A DNA stretch of 52,623 nucleotides from Kiritimatiellia bacterium (GTDB lineage Bacteria > Verrucomicrobiota > Kiritimatiellia > RFP12 > UBA1067), in NCBI GenBank assembly GCA_016284515.1, contig JAEEOY010000102.1, positions 1-52,623 on the forward strand. Reading direction: 5' to 3'. Of this stretch, positions 38,300 to 48,410 are shown piece after piece (position 1 is the stretch's first letter; every line of letters begins with the position of its first letter). The notes beneath the pieces were generated by a model that saw only the letters and a list, made by a program, of their open reading frames with translations, ran no database searches and was not told where the DNA came from. Both the position numbers and the translations under genes were made by a program.

Positions 38300-39262
38300 A
38301 TGAAACTCAATCCCATAATCTTCGGCACCAGCTGTCTCGGGAACCTCTACAGGGAGATTCCGATGGAGACCAAAGTCGCCATCGCGGCGGAGTGGTTCAA
38401 GGCATATTCGCATCCGACGATCGACTCCGCCGGGAAATATGGCGCGGGGCTGTCTCTTGAATGCATCGGCAGGGCGCTCAAGGCGCTCGGCAAGACAGCG
38501 GACGACATCGACATCAGCGTCAAGCTCGGATGGCGCAGATCGCGCCGGCTTGAGTCCGGCGAGGAGCCGACGTTCGAGCCGGGCGCATGGAAGGGGCTTG
38601 AGTGGGACGCCGTGCAGGACATCTCGCATGACGGGATCCTGCGCTGCTGCGAGGAGGCCAAGGCTCTTCTGGGCGACTATCCGGTTGGCCTAGTCAGCGT
38701 GCACGATCCAGACGAGTACCTCGCGTCTCATGTCTCACGCCAAAAGGCGCGGGACGATATACATGGCGCATACGAGGCGCTTTTCGAACTCAAGGCGCGC
38801 GGCGAGGTGAAGGCTGTCGGAATCGGCGCAAAGGACTGGCGCGTAATCAGGGAGCTGTGGGACATGGGCATCCGCTTCGACTGGGCGATGTTCGCCTGCG
38901 CGCCGACCCTGCTCGTGCATCCGCCGGAGCTTCTGGACTTCGTGGGGCGGCTGAAGGCCGCGGGCGTTACGCTCATCGACTCGGCGGTGTTCAACGGAGG
39001 CTTTCTCATGGGGTCCAACATGCTCGACTACCGCGAGGCGGACCCCAAACGCGACGCGGAGGCGTTCGCGTTCCGCGACCGCTACCTCGCGCTCTGTCGC
39101 GAACGGGCGCTCGATCCGGCAGCCGTGGCGGTCGAATACGCCTTCCGCCTCGGCTTCGACTCCGTCGCGCTCAATACGTCCAATCCGAAACGCGTGGTCC
39201 AGAACGCGCGCTACGGCGAGCACCGATCCCCGGCGGCGTTCTGGGACGCCCTCGGGGTGTGA
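38300..39262 (+). CDS. Aldo/keto reductase (sugar dehydrogenase-like)
   Basis: FGTSCLGNLY, DSAGKYGAGLS, SVKLG, VHDPD, VKAVGIG, VFNGG. Confidence 0.88.
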   Translation: MKLNPIIFGTSCLGNLYREIPMETKVAIAAEWFKAYSHPTIDSAGKYGAGLSLECIGRALKALGKTADDIDISVKLGWRRSRRLESGEEPTFEPGAWKGLEWDAVQDISHDGILRCCEEAKALLGDYPVGLVSVHDPDEYLASHVSRQKARDDIHGAYEALFELKARGEVKAVGIGAKDWRVIRELWDMGIRFDWAMFACAPTLLVHPPELLDFVGRLKAAGVTLIDSAVFNGGFLMGSNMLDYREADPKRDAEAFAFRDRYLALCRERALDPAAVAVEYAFRLGFDSVALNTSNPKRVVQNARYGEHRSPAAFWDALGV

Positions 39263-39341
39263 CCGCATTGCCGCGTCCGCGCCGGACGAAAATATTGGTC
39301 TATAGAGGCACGGCGGCCTCGTTTTGTGGTATAATGTCCGT

Positions 39342-41105
39342 ATGAAACTTGATCCGACGAAGATGAAGGACTGGCAGATCGCCGAAGCTGCCGAGGAGAA
39401 TCTCAAGAGCGCAGCCGAGCTCGTGAAGGAGCTAGGGCTTAAGGACGACGAGTGGACGCCGTACGGACGCGTCCTCGCGAAGGTCGACGTCACGAAGGTC
39501 CTGAAGCGCGTGGGCGCGGGGCGGAAGGGCAAGTACATAGACGTCACCGCCATCACTCCGACGGCGCTCGGCGAAGGTAAGACCACGACCACGCTCGGCC
39601 TCGTAGAGGGCCTCGGGCGGCTCGGCAAGAAGGTCATCGGATGCGTCCGCCAGCCCTCCGGCGGCCCCACCTTCAACATCAAGGGCAGCGCGGCGGGCGG
39701 CGGCCTCGCGCAGGTCGTTCCGCTAACCTCGCTCTCGCTCGGCCTCACCGGCGACATCGACGCCATCACGAACGCCAACAACCTCGCGATGGTCGCGCTC
39801 AACTCCAGGATGCAGCACGAGCGCAACCACGACGACGCGTGGCTCGCCGAGCGCGGACTGAAGCGCCTCGACATCGACCCGGAGCGCATACAGTTCCGCT
39901 GGGCGATGGACTTCTGCGCGCAGGGCCTCAGGAACATCGAGATCGGACGCGGCGGAAAGCTCGACGGCTTCAACTGCGCGAGCGGCTTCTACATCACGGT
40001 CGCCTCCGAGGTGATGGCGATACTCGCGATGAGCGCGGACCTCAAGGACCTGCGCGAAAGGCTTTCGAAGATCATCGTCGCCTACTCGAAGAGCGGCGCT
40101 CCCGTCACGACGAAGGACCTCGAGGTGGACGGCGCGATGTGCGCGCTCCTCGTGAACGCGATACAGCCGACGCTGATGCAGTCCATCGAGGGGCAGCCGA
40201 TGTTCGTCCACGCGGGGCCGTTCGCCAACATCGCGATCGGGCAGAACTCCGTGGTCGCGGACAGGCTCGCGTGCGCGCTCGGCGACTACGTCGTCACGGA
40301 GAGCGGCTTCGCGTCCGACATGGGCTACGAGAAGTTCTGGAACATCAAGTGCCGCTGCTCGGGGCTCAAGCCCGACGCCGTCGTTCTCGTCGCGACGGTG
40401 CGCGCGCTCAAGGCGCACGGCGGCGCGCCCGCGGTGAAAGCGGGGCTTCCGCTCGATCCCGTCTACACGACGGAGAACCTCGACCTCCTCAGGAAGGGAT
40501 GCGACAACCTCCTCGCGCACATCGACATCATCCGCCGCTCGGGCGTGCAGCCCGTGGTGTGCCTCAACGCGTTCTACACCGACACGCCCGCAGAGCGTGC
40601 GCTCGTCAAGGAGATAGCCGAGGGCGCGGGCGCGCGCTTCGCAGTGAGCGACCACTGGCTCAAGGGCGGCGAGGGCGCGGTGGAGCTCGCGGAGGCCGTC
40701 ATCAAGGCGTGCGACGAGCCCAACTCCTTCGAGTTCCTGTGCGACCTCGCGGAGCCTCTCAAGGACCGCATCGAGAAGCAGGTGAAGGAGGTCTACGGCG
40801 GCGACGGGGTGGACTTCGAGCCGCTCGCGCTCGAGAAGCTCGCGGCGTTCCAGAAGGACCCCGAGACGGCGCGCCTCCCCGTGTGCGTCGCGAAGACGCA
40901 GTACTCGCTCTCCCACGATCCGAAGCTCCTTGGGCGTCCGAAGGGATGGCGCATGCCGGTCAAGGACGTTCTCATCTACAGGGGCGCGGGACTCGTAGTC
41001 CCGGTCGCGGGCGAGATCAAGCTGATGCCCGGCACGTCGGCCTCCCCGGCGTACAGGCGCATCGACGTCGATGTTGAAACAGGAAAGGTGAAAGGACTCT
41101 TCTGA
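39342..41105 (+). CDS. fhs: Formate--tetrahydrofolate ligase (probably leaderless)
   Basis: TAITPTALGEGKTTTT, RQPSGGPTFNIKG, HAGPFANIA, VATVRALK. TGGTATAAT lies 6 nt before ATG 39342. Confidence 0.97.
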   Translation: MKLDPTKMKDWQIAEAAEENLKSAAELVKELGLKDDEWTPYGRVLAKVDVTKVLKRVGAGRKGKYIDVTAITPTALGEGKTTTTLGLVEGLGRLGKKVIGCVRQPSGGPTFNIKGSAAGGGLAQVVPLTSLSLGLTGDIDAITNANNLAMVALNSRMQHERNHDDAWLAERGLKRLDIDPERIQFRWAMDFCAQGLRNIEIGRGGKLDGFNCASGFYITVASEVMAILAMSADLKDLRERLSKIIVAYSKSGAPVTTKDLEVDGAMCALLVNAIQPTLMQSIEGQPMFVHAGPFANIAIGQNSVVADRLACALGDYVVTESGFASDMGYEKFWNIKCRCSGLKPDAVVLVATVRALKAHGGAPAVKAGLPLDPVYTTENLDLLRKGCDNLLAHIDIIRRSGVQPVVCLNAFYTDTPAERALVKEIAEGAGARFAVSDHWLKGGEGAVELAEAVIKACDEPNSFEFLCDLAEPLKDRIEKQVKEVYGGDGVDFEPLALEKLAAFQKDPETARLPVCVAKTQYSLSHDPKLLGRPKGWRMPVKDVLIYRGAGLVVPVAGEIKLMPGTSASPAYRRIDVDVETGKVKGLF

Positions 41106-41106
41106 C

Positions 41107-41922
41107 ATGCAGCGCAAGATAGTTCTGATAGTCTCCCTCGTCGCAGGTCTCATCGCGGCGCTTTTGACGCGTATGTACCTGACCGTCAAGGAGAACGAGA
41201 TACTCGCCGAGAAGAAGCGGCTTGTCGATCGCTACGGGACGATCGAAGTCCTCGCGTTCACGCACGACGTCCCGTCGGGAACGGTCCTCACGAAGAGCGA
41301 CATTGGGAAAATGACGATGCCTGGACGAGGACTGAGCGGACAGGCTCTCACGATGGAGAACCTGGATGATGTCATTGGGCGTAAGACCGTGACCGGACAC
41401 AAGGCGAAGGAAGTCCTGTTCTGGTACGACATCGAGGGGGGCGATCCGTCGGTCAGGGGTCTTTCTGCCGACGTCAAACGCCAGATGCGCGCGATTTCCA
41501 TCAACGTCAACGGCTCGGCGTCGGTGAGCGGAATGATCAAGCCGAACGACCACGTCGACGTCATCGGCACGTTCAACTTCCCGGACGACGAGGGCAAGAT
41601 CAAGCGCGGCGATCCCGTCACCTGCACGATCCTCCAGAACGTGCTTGTGCTTGCGACTGGCAAGGACACCTCGAAGTCCCAGACGCGCGAGCTCGGCATG
41701 CGCACGTCGGGCGGATACTCCACGGTCACGCTCGAGGTGACGCCGCGCGAGGCGGAGATGCTCGCCTTCGCGGAGCAGATAAAGGGCCGTCTCATCCTCA
41801 CGCTCAGGAACCGCAACGACACCTCCTCCGAGAAGGAGCTCCCGCAGGTCGACTACATGAAGATCCGCCAGGAGATGGAGGAACTCAACCAGAAGCGCCA
41901 GCTCAGGCTCGGCGGAAGGTAA
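41107..41922 (+). CDS. cpaB: Flp/Tad pilus assembly protein CpaB/RcpC
   Basis: N-terminal TM, SAF domain, MRAISI...VSGMIKPNDHVDVI, ILQNVLVLA, TVTLEVTPREAE. Confidence 0.92.
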   Translation: MQRKIVLIVSLVAGLIAALLTRMYLTVKENEILAEKKRLVDRYGTIEVLAFTHDVPSGTVLTKSDIGKMTMPGRGLSGQALTMENLDDVIGRKTVTGHKAKEVLFWYDIEGGDPSVRGLSADVKRQMRAISINVNGSASVSGMIKPNDHVDVIGTFNFPDDEGKIKRGDPVTCTILQNVLVLATGKDTSKSQTRELGMRTSGGYSTVTLEVTPREAEMLAFAEQIKGRLILTLRNRNDTSSEKELPQVDYMKIRQEMEELNQKRQLRLGGR

Positions 41923-41926
41923 GGCG

Positions 41927-43675
41927 ATGATACTCACCACCCTCATCGGCGGAGACCGCGAATCCCGCACCCTAACGGATGGGACATACATGATCGGGCG
42001 CAACGAGACGTGTCCGATACGCTTCGACTTCCCCGACGTCTCGGAGCGCCACGCTATACTGACGGTCCGCGACGGAGTCGCCGTGCTGGAGGATCTCCAC
42101 AGCGCCAACGGCACTTATGTGAACGGCGAGCCGATCGACGGAGCCGTCAAGCTTGACGGCGGGATGGTCATCCAGATCGGCGAGTCGATGATGAGGGTGT
42201 GCGACGACGGAGACTGGGTGGCCTCCGCTGCGGAAGGACAGGGCGGCGAGGCGATTTCGGAAGAGGCGCCCCAGGTGCCCGACTCCGCCGCGGCGGTGTC
42301 CGCTCCCGCCGGAAGCGTCGGCGGATTCGGCGACGAGGAGGTTCCGCCTCCGCCGGATCCGATGCGCGAGCTCAGGCGCAGCGTGCAGGAGCAGATACAG
42401 CGCGAGCTCCTCAAGCGCATGGACATGAAGCGCCTCACTGTGCAGGGCGTCGACAGGGAAGGGCTCGAGGACACCGCGCGAGAAAAGATTCGCCAGATCA
42501 TCGACGAGGTCGTGTCGAACGGACGCCTCCCCGAGGGAATCGATCCTGTGCGCCTCGAGGACGACGTCTTCAACGAGGCCATGCGCCTCGGGCCGCTTGA
42601 GGAGCTTCTCGCAGACGACTCGGTGAGCGAGATCATGGTTAACGGTCCGGACAAGGTCTACATCGAGCGCGGAGGAAAGCTCCAGCTCTCGGACTGCCAG
42701 TTTACGGATGACGCGAGCGTGCTTTCCGTAATTGAGCGCATCATCGCACCGCTCGGCCGCCGCTGCGACGAATCGCAGCCGTACGTCGACGCGCGACTTG
42801 CGGACGGAAGCCGCGTAAACGCGATCATCGCTCCGCTCGCGCTCTCGGGCCCCACGATAACGATCCGAAAGTTCTCCAAGAAGGCGCTCACGCCGGAGGA
42901 CTTCATCCGCTTCGGCACGTGGACGCACAACGCTGCCGAGTTCATGAAGCTCTGCGTCCTCCTGAGGAAGAACATCATCGTGGCCGGCGGAACGGGCTCC
43001 GGAAAGACGACGCTCCTCAACCTGCTCTCGGGCTACATCCCGCACTCCGAGCGAATCGTGACGGTCGAGGACGCGGCGGAACTGAGGCTCCAGCAGCCGC
43101 ACGTCGTCCGCCTCGAGGCGCGCCCGCCGAACATCGAGGGCAAGGGCGCGGTGCCGATACGCGACCTCGTGAAGAACTGCCTCAGAATGCGCCCCGACCG
43201 CATCATCGTAGGCGAATGCCGCGGCGGCGAGGCTCTGGACATGCTGCAGGCGATGAACACCGGACACGACGGCTCGCTCACGACCGTCCACGCGAACTCG
43301 CCGCGCGACGTCATCTCCCGTCTCGAGACGATGGTGCTCATGAGCGGAATGGAGCTCCCCTCGCGCGCGATACGCGAGCAGATCGCGTCCGCAGTCGACA
43401 TCATCATCCACGAGTCGCGCATGTCGGACGGCTCGCGCAAGGTGACGGCGATCACCGAGGTGACTGGGCTCGAGGGCAACCAGATCGTGATGCAGGACAT
43501 CTTCGCGTTCCGTCAGAAGGGCGTCGGGCCGGACGGGAAGATCATCGGCGAGTTCAAGCCCACGGGCGCGATGCCGACTTGGTACGACCAGCTCTCCGGG
43601 CGCGGCATAAAGTGCGACCCGAAGATGTTCGACCCCGATTCAAACGTCAACGTGACACTGGAGCGCACGAGATGA
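41927..43675 (+). CDS. cpaF: Tad pilus ATPase CpaF/TadA with an N-terminal FHA domain
   Basis: FHA (IGR...SERHA...DLHSANGTYVNG), Walker A GGTGSGKTT, LRMRPDRIIVGECRG, MNTGHDGS. Confidence 0.95.
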   Translation: MILTTLIGGDRESRTLTDGTYMIGRNETCPIRFDFPDVSERHAILTVRDGVAVLEDLHSANGTYVNGEPIDGAVKLDGGMVIQIGESMMRVCDDGDWVASAAEGQGGEAISEEAPQVPDSAAAVSAPAGSVGGFGDEEVPPPPDPMRELRRSVQEQIQRELLKRMDMKRLTVQGVDREGLEDTAREKIRQIIDEVVSNGRLPEGIDPVRLEDDVFNEAMRLGPLEELLADDSVSEIMVNGPDKVYIERGGKLQLSDCQFTDDASVLSVIERIIAPLGRRCDESQPYVDARLADGSRVNAIIAPLALSGPTITIRKFSKKALTPEDFIRFGTWTHNAAEFMKLCVLLRKNIIVAGGTGSGKTTLLNLLSGYIPHSERIVTVEDAAELRLQQPHVVRLEARPPNIEGKGAVPIRDLVKNCLRMRPDRIIVGECRGGEALDMLQAMNTGHDGSLTTVHANSPRDVISRLETMVLMSGMELPSRAIREQIASAVDIIIHESRMSDGSRKVTAITEVTGLEGNQIVMQDIFAFRQKGVGPDGKIIGEFKPTGAMPTWYDQLSGRGIKCDPKMFDPDSNVNVTLERTR

Positions 43676-44349
43676 TACTGTGGCTTTCAGTCGTCCTTTT
43701 CGGACTCTGCTTTGCGGGCGTCGCGTGGTACTTCTGCGCGGGCGTGAAGATCAAGGCCGGCTGGCAGAACGGGCAGAGCCCCCTCGCGCGCTGGCTCGAC
43801 CAGCGCAGGCGCGACAAGTTCAACGAGCAGCTTCCCGAGGCGCTTGCGACGATGTCGAACGCGCTGAGGGCGGGCTTCTCGCTGTCGCAGGCGTTCGACT
43901 CCGTCGTCGCGCAGGGCGAGAAGCCGATGAGCGAGGAGTTCGCGATCCTGCAGCAGCAGCTGAGGATCGGCATGAGCTTCGAGGACGCGCTCGAGTCGAT
44001 GTCGCAGCGCGTCGGGTCGGACGACCTCACGCTCGTGACGACGGCGATTCTCATAAGCCGCAAGACGGGCGGAAACGTCACCGAGATCTTCGACAAGATA
44101 TCCGAGACGATACGCGGCCGCATGCGCATCGAGCGCAAGGTGAAGACGATGACGGCGCAGGGCCGCATGCAGGGCATAATCGTCTCGGTGATGCCGATTT
44201 TCCTCGGCGTCGTGATGACGGTCCTCAAGCCGAACCTGATGATTCCGTTCATGTGCAGCTTCACCGGCGTCGCCTCGATCGGCGCGATGCTCCTGCTCAT
44301 CATAGTCGGCTGGCTCATCATCCGCAAGATCATCAAGATCGACGTCTGA
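43672..44349 (+). CDS. tadB: Tad pilus inner-membrane platform protein TadB (T2SSF family)
   Basis: QLPEAL..MSNALRAGFSL, TGGNVTEI, TAQGRM. ATGA overlap with cpaF; the longer track ORF from 42919 is a spurious extension. Confidence 0.9.
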   Translation: MILWLSVVLFGLCFAGVAWYFCAGVKIKAGWQNGQSPLARWLDQRRRDKFNEQLPEALATMSNALRAGFSLSQAFDSVVAQGEKPMSEEFAILQQQLRIGMSFEDALESMSQRVGSDDLTLVTTAILISRKTGGNVTEIFDKISETIRGRMRIERKVKTMTAQGRMQGIIVSVMPIFLGVVMTVLKPNLMIPFMCSFTGVASIGAMLLLIIVGWLIIRKIIKIDV

Positions 44350-44393
44350 CGCCTCTTTGCGCGCCGGGCGCATTTTTGGTAAAATATCAGCTT

Positions 44394-46778
44394 ATGAAAA
44401 CACATATTGTCGCGTTGTCTATGTTGGCGGCCTGCTCCATGTCATGGGCCGCGCAGGTCACTGACGTGAAGGTCCAGGCTCTTGACGGGTTCGGGGGCGA
44501 CACCGGGTCCGTGGTGAGCCGCTGCCAGACGAAGGCGGGTCAGGAGTACGACCCCGTGGCGCTTTCCCGCGACGTGAACACGCTCAAGGACTCCAACGAG
44601 TTCGAGGACATCTCCGCGGACGCGAAGGAGACCGGCGACGGCGTCGAGGTCACGTTCTACATCAGGCGCAAGATGCGCTACCGCGCGCCGGCGATCGTCG
44701 AGGGGTCCGACTTCTTCAGCGCGTCGAAGGTCATGAAGGAGGCCGAGCTCAAGGACGGCTACCTCTTCGGCGAGTCGGACCTCGCGGAGGCGGCGGCGAA
44801 GGTCCGCAAGGCCTACCAGAAGAAGCACTTCCCCGACGCGAAGGTCACGGCCACGGCCGAGCCCCTCGGCGCGGGCAACGACTGCACCGTCAGGTTCGTC
44901 GTCGACGAGGGCACCAGGAAGAAGATTTCCTCCTATGAGTTCGACGGCAACGAGAGCGTCGACGAGGCGGAGCTCCGCGAGGCGATCGGCGACCTGCCGT
45001 GGTGGAATCCGCTCGGCTGGTTCTCCGACTCCCCGACGACGGACGAGCAGCTCAAGCAGTGCGTCGCGAAGGTAGAGGACGTCTACCGCAACCACGGCTT
45101 CCTCGACGTCAGGGTGGCCGACCCGATCCTCGAGCCGCGCGACGGCGGCAAGGCGGCCGTAGTGTTCCCTGTCACGGAGGGGACGTGCTACAAGATCGGC
45201 GAGATGAAGATCGTCGGCCTTACGCGCTATCCCGAGGGAGTGGTGCGCGAGAAGAGCCAGCTGCCCGAGACCGGTGCGGTCGCGGGGCTGAAGACCCTTA
45301 CCGACGCGGCCCGCCGCATCGAGGTCGTCGTAGGGTCGGGCGATTCCGGCCTTGCCGACACGCATGTCGTGGCGAAGCCGATTCCGTCCGCCGCCGATCC
45401 GTCCGTCGCGGACATCGTCTTCGAAGTCGCCGAGGGCGTTCCGGTCGTGATCAACGACGTGAAGATTCGCGGCAACGACTACACGAAGGACAAGGTCATC
45501 CGCCGCGAGATTGCGCTCGCTCCCGGCGACCGCATGCTCGAGGACCGCGCGGAGCGCAGCCAGAAGCGCCTCCAAAACCTAGACTACTTCTCCCGCGTGC
45601 GCTACTACCTCGAGCCTACGGGCAAGGGCAAGGACGCGAACGGCGCGGAGTGGCGCGACCTGGTGTACGAAGTCGAGGAGAAGAACACGGGTTCGTTCAT
45701 GGTCGGCATCGGCGCAAGCTCCGTCGACTCCGTGTACGTCTCCGCCGAGGTGCAGCAGTCCAACTTCGACCTGTTTGCCCCCGAGAAGCTCTTCCGCGGC
45801 GGCGGACAGAAGGGCAGGCTCTACGTCGCGGCGGGCCCACGCATCCAGAGCTACGAGGCCAGCGTGACGGAGCCCTACTTCCTCGACCGCCTCCTCGAGC
45901 TCACCGTCGAGGCGTACCGTCGCAACAGGTGGTACGACGAGTACGACATCATCCGTTCCGGCGGCGCGGCCACGCTCGCGTACCCGGTCAAGTTCTGGCA
46001 CACCTGGGAGCCGTTCGGCAGGTTCGGCGTCAGGCTTGGCGGCGAGTTCATCCAGTTTGACGACGTGGAGAACAAGTACTACACGTACAAGGGCGTCACG
46101 AAGAAGTGGCTCAAGGAGGAGGAGCACAAGTACGGCGACGCGGCGGAGGGCGTGGTGCGCATCTTCTGGTCGCATGACGACCGCGACAACTTCCGCATGC
46201 CCACCGAGGGCTCCAGGACGCAGATATTCCTCGATTTCGCCGGCGGCGACAACGAGTACTACCGTCTCGGGTTCAACCACAGGCACTTCTTCTCTCCGTG
46301 GCGCGGAATCGTCTCGGGCGACAGCTGGATGAAGCAGCACGTCTTCATGGTCGGCGCGCGCGCCGAGACGATCGACGGATTCGGATCGAACAACGACGTG
46401 CCGATCTACAACCGCATGTTCCTCGGCGGACCGAAGTCCATCCGCGGCATCGAGTACCGCTACGTCTCCCCGTACATCAAGGAGGCGCATGGCGGCGACT
46501 ACATCCCGTGGGGCGGCCAGACGCTCTTCTGCATGAACTTTGAGTACACGGTGCCGGTCATCAAGATGGTGCGCCTCGCCGTGTTCTCCGACCTCGGCTG
46601 CGTCGGAGAGGACGACTTCGACCTCGACTTCAGCGACAACTTCGCGTGGACGGTCGGCGTCGGCGTCAGGCTCGACATCCCGATGTTCCCTATCCGCCTC
46701 GACTTCGCGACGCCGATCGAGAAGCCCGACCACTGCGAGGAGGAGGTCTTCTCCTTCACGGTCGGATACGACTTCTGA
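44394..46778 (+). CDS. bamA: Outer membrane protein assembly factor BamA (probably leaderless)
   Basis: Signal peptide, POTRA repeats (GNDYTKDKVIRRE), IRGIEYR loop-6 motif, C-terminal FTVGYDF. TTGCGC-N17-TAAAAT lies 8 nt before the ATG. Confidence 0.95.
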   Translation: MKTHIVALSMLAACSMSWAAQVTDVKVQALDGFGGDTGSVVSRCQTKAGQEYDPVALSRDVNTLKDSNEFEDISADAKETGDGVEVTFYIRRKMRYRAPAIVEGSDFFSASKVMKEAELKDGYLFGESDLAEAAAKVRKAYQKKHFPDAKVTATAEPLGAGNDCTVRFVVDEGTRKKISSYEFDGNESVDEAELREAIGDLPWWNPLGWFSDSPTTDEQLKQCVAKVEDVYRNHGFLDVRVADPILEPRDGGKAAVVFPVTEGTCYKIGEMKIVGLTRYPEGVVREKSQLPETGAVAGLKTLTDAARRIEVVVGSGDSGLADTHVVAKPIPSAADPSVADIVFEVAEGVPVVINDVKIRGNDYTKDKVIRREIALAPGDRMLEDRAERSQKRLQNLDYFSRVRYYLEPTGKGKDANGAEWRDLVYEVEEKNTGSFMVGIGASSVDSVYVSAEVQQSNFDLFAPEKLFRGGGQKGRLYVAAGPRIQSYEASVTEPYFLDRLLELTVEAYRRNRWYDEYDIIRSGGAATLAYPVKFWHTWEPFGRFGVRLGGEFIQFDDVENKYYTYKGVTKKWLKEEEHKYGDAAEGVVRIFWSHDDRDNFRMPTEGSRTQIFLDFAGGDNEYYRLGFNHRHFFSPWRGIVSGDSWMKQHVFMVGARAETIDGFGSNNDVPIYNRMFLGGPKSIRGIEYRYVSPYIKEAHGGDYIPWGGQTLFCMNFEYTVPVIKMVRLAVFSDLGCVGEDDFDLDFSDNFAWTVGVGVRLDIPMFPIRLDFATPIEKPDHCEEEVFSFTVGYDF

Positions 46779-46818
46779 CGGACTGGAGGCGGGGCTGCGG
46801 CGACGCGGCCCCGGGCAA

Positions 46819-47346
46819 ATGGCTGTTATCGGCAGAATCGCTGGGTTTGTGCGCAGGTTCCTCTCGCACGACAGCGGACCATTCGCGCAGTTCGTGAAGT
46901 ACGGTGCGGTGGGCGTAATGGCGACGTGCGTCCAGTTCGCCGTGTTCTACGCCCTCGCGGCCACCTGCCTCAGGTGCCTTACCGAGGATGACCGCGCGGT
47001 GGCGCTGCTGGGGTTGCCGTATGCCGTGTTCTCCGGTTCGGAGCCCTGGTACGCTTCGAGATGGTTCCTTGCAGCCGTCGCCACGGCTGCGGGATTCACC
47101 GTCGCAAACGTCTTCTGCTGGGTTATGAACCGCGCGTTCGTGTTCCGTCCCGGCAAGTTCGCGTGGTACGCTGAGTTCGCGCTTTTCTTCGGTGCGGCCG
47201 CAGGTGCCACGATCGTCGCGCTCGTGGTCCAGAGCCTGCTCATACGCTTCGTCGGGGTTACGACTTCCTTTGCGGCCATAGTCGAGGTCATCGTGTCGTT
47301 CCTGGTGAACTTCTTCACGCGCAGGTTCTTCATCTTCAAGGGCTGA
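46819..47346 (+). CDS. GtrA-family membrane protein
   Basis: QFVKYGAVGVMATCV, MNRAFVF, VNFFTRRFFIFK. Confidence 0.85.
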   Translation: MAVIGRIAGFVRRFLSHDSGPFAQFVKYGAVGVMATCVQFAVFYALAATCLRCLTEDDRAVALLGLPYAVFSGSEPWYASRWFLAAVATAAGFTVANVFCWVMNRAFVFRPGKFAWYAEFALFFGAAAGATIVALVVQSLLIRFVGVTTSFAAIVEVIVSFLVNFFTRRFFIFKG

Positions 47347-47353
47347 GGCGGAT

Positions 47354-48235
47354 ATGGACCGAGGGCTTTTGTATATCCTGTCTTTCTTCTCCTTCTGGCT
47401 CGGGGCGTGCATCGCCTCGTTCCTGAACGTCGTCATCTGGCGCGTGCCGCGCGGCGAGTCGATCGTCACTCCGCCGTCGCACTGTCCGAAATGCGGCTCG
47501 TCCATAAGGTGGTGGCAGAACATCCCGATCCTCTCGTGGCTCGCGCTGCGCGGGAAGTGCGCGAACTGCCGCGCGCCGATCTCCCCGCGCTACATCCTTG
47601 TGGAGATGCTGGGCGGTGTGCTGTTCCTTGCGGCGTTTCTGCTTGTGGTGCTCCGCGGCGCGGGGTGGTTCTCGGTCCTGGACTGCGGCGTTGCCGGCGA
47701 CGCGGCGGCTGTTCTTGTTCTCTGGATATGGATATCGCTGATGATCGCGGGTTCGTTCATCGACTTCGACCATCAGCTTCTCCCCGACTTCACTACGGTC
47801 GGCGGAATGGTGCTTGGACTGGCGTTCTCGCTCGTGCAGGCGGCGTGGCTTGCTTGCGCTGCTGGGGGCAGGGGGCGCGATGCGGCATGGATACCCTTCG
47901 CGTGGTCGCTCGCGGGGCTTGTCTTCGGCTTCGGACTCCTGTGGCTAGTCCGCTGGATCGGTTCAAAGGCGTTCAGACGCGAGGCGATGGGGATGGGAGA
48001 CGTCTTCCTAATGGGCGCGGTAGGCGCGCTGTTCGGTCCGATAGCGGTTCTTGTTACGCTCATTCTCTCGTCCGTCTTCGGAAGCGTCGTCGGCATCGGG
48101 ATGATCCTTTTGTCAAAGACGAAGCTTGGGAAGTTCGTCGCGATACCCTACGGACCATACATCTGCATGGGCTGCCTAGCGTGGATGTTCCGTGGTCCCG
48201 AAATGATAGATTGGTATCTGCACCTTTTCAGGTAG
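47354..48235 (+). CDS. pilD: Prepilin peptidase/N-methyltransferase (A24)
   Basis: SFLNVVIWRVP, SHCPKC, GKCANC, IDFDHQLLPD, MGMGDV, IPYGPYI. Confidence 0.95.
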   Translation: MDRGLLYILSFFSFWLGACIASFLNVVIWRVPRGESIVTPPSHCPKCGSSIRWWQNIPILSWLALRGKCANCRAPISPRYILVEMLGGVLFLAAFLLVVLRGAGWFSVLDCGVAGDAAAVLVLWIWISLMIAGSFIDFDHQLLPDFTTVGGMVLGLAFSLVQAAWLACAAGGRGRDAAWIPFAWSLAGLVFGFGLLWLVRWIGSKAFRREAMGMGDVFLMGAVGALFGPIAVLVTLILSSVFGSVVGIGMILLSKTKLGKFVAIPYGPYICMGCLAWMFRGPEMIDWYLHLFR

Positions 48236-48271
48236 ACCATGCCGCATAAAAATCTGGCGAAATTTGCCCCC

Positions 48272-48410
48272 TTGCGCGGTTTGGCAACAAAATGATATAA
48301 TATTTGCTCATTTCGCGGGATCGGGGAAAAACCGGTTCCGCTTGGCAACGCGGACAAAACCCCGGGAAACGGGCACAAATCCGCACAAATAAAGAAGAAA
48401 GAGAAAAAAG
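48272..48410 (+). promoter_or_regulatory. rplM promoter (TTGCGC-N18-TATAAT) and structured 5' leader
   Basis: -10 at 48296-48301, then two hairpins (GCGGGATCGG/CCGGTTCCGC and GCGGA..CCCG/CGGG..TCCGC). Confidence 0.6.

Noticed and set aside
43680-44393. 238-aa N-terminal extension of BamA in the ORF track
   Set aside because: It overlaps tadB in another frame. The promoter and signal peptide place the start at 44394.
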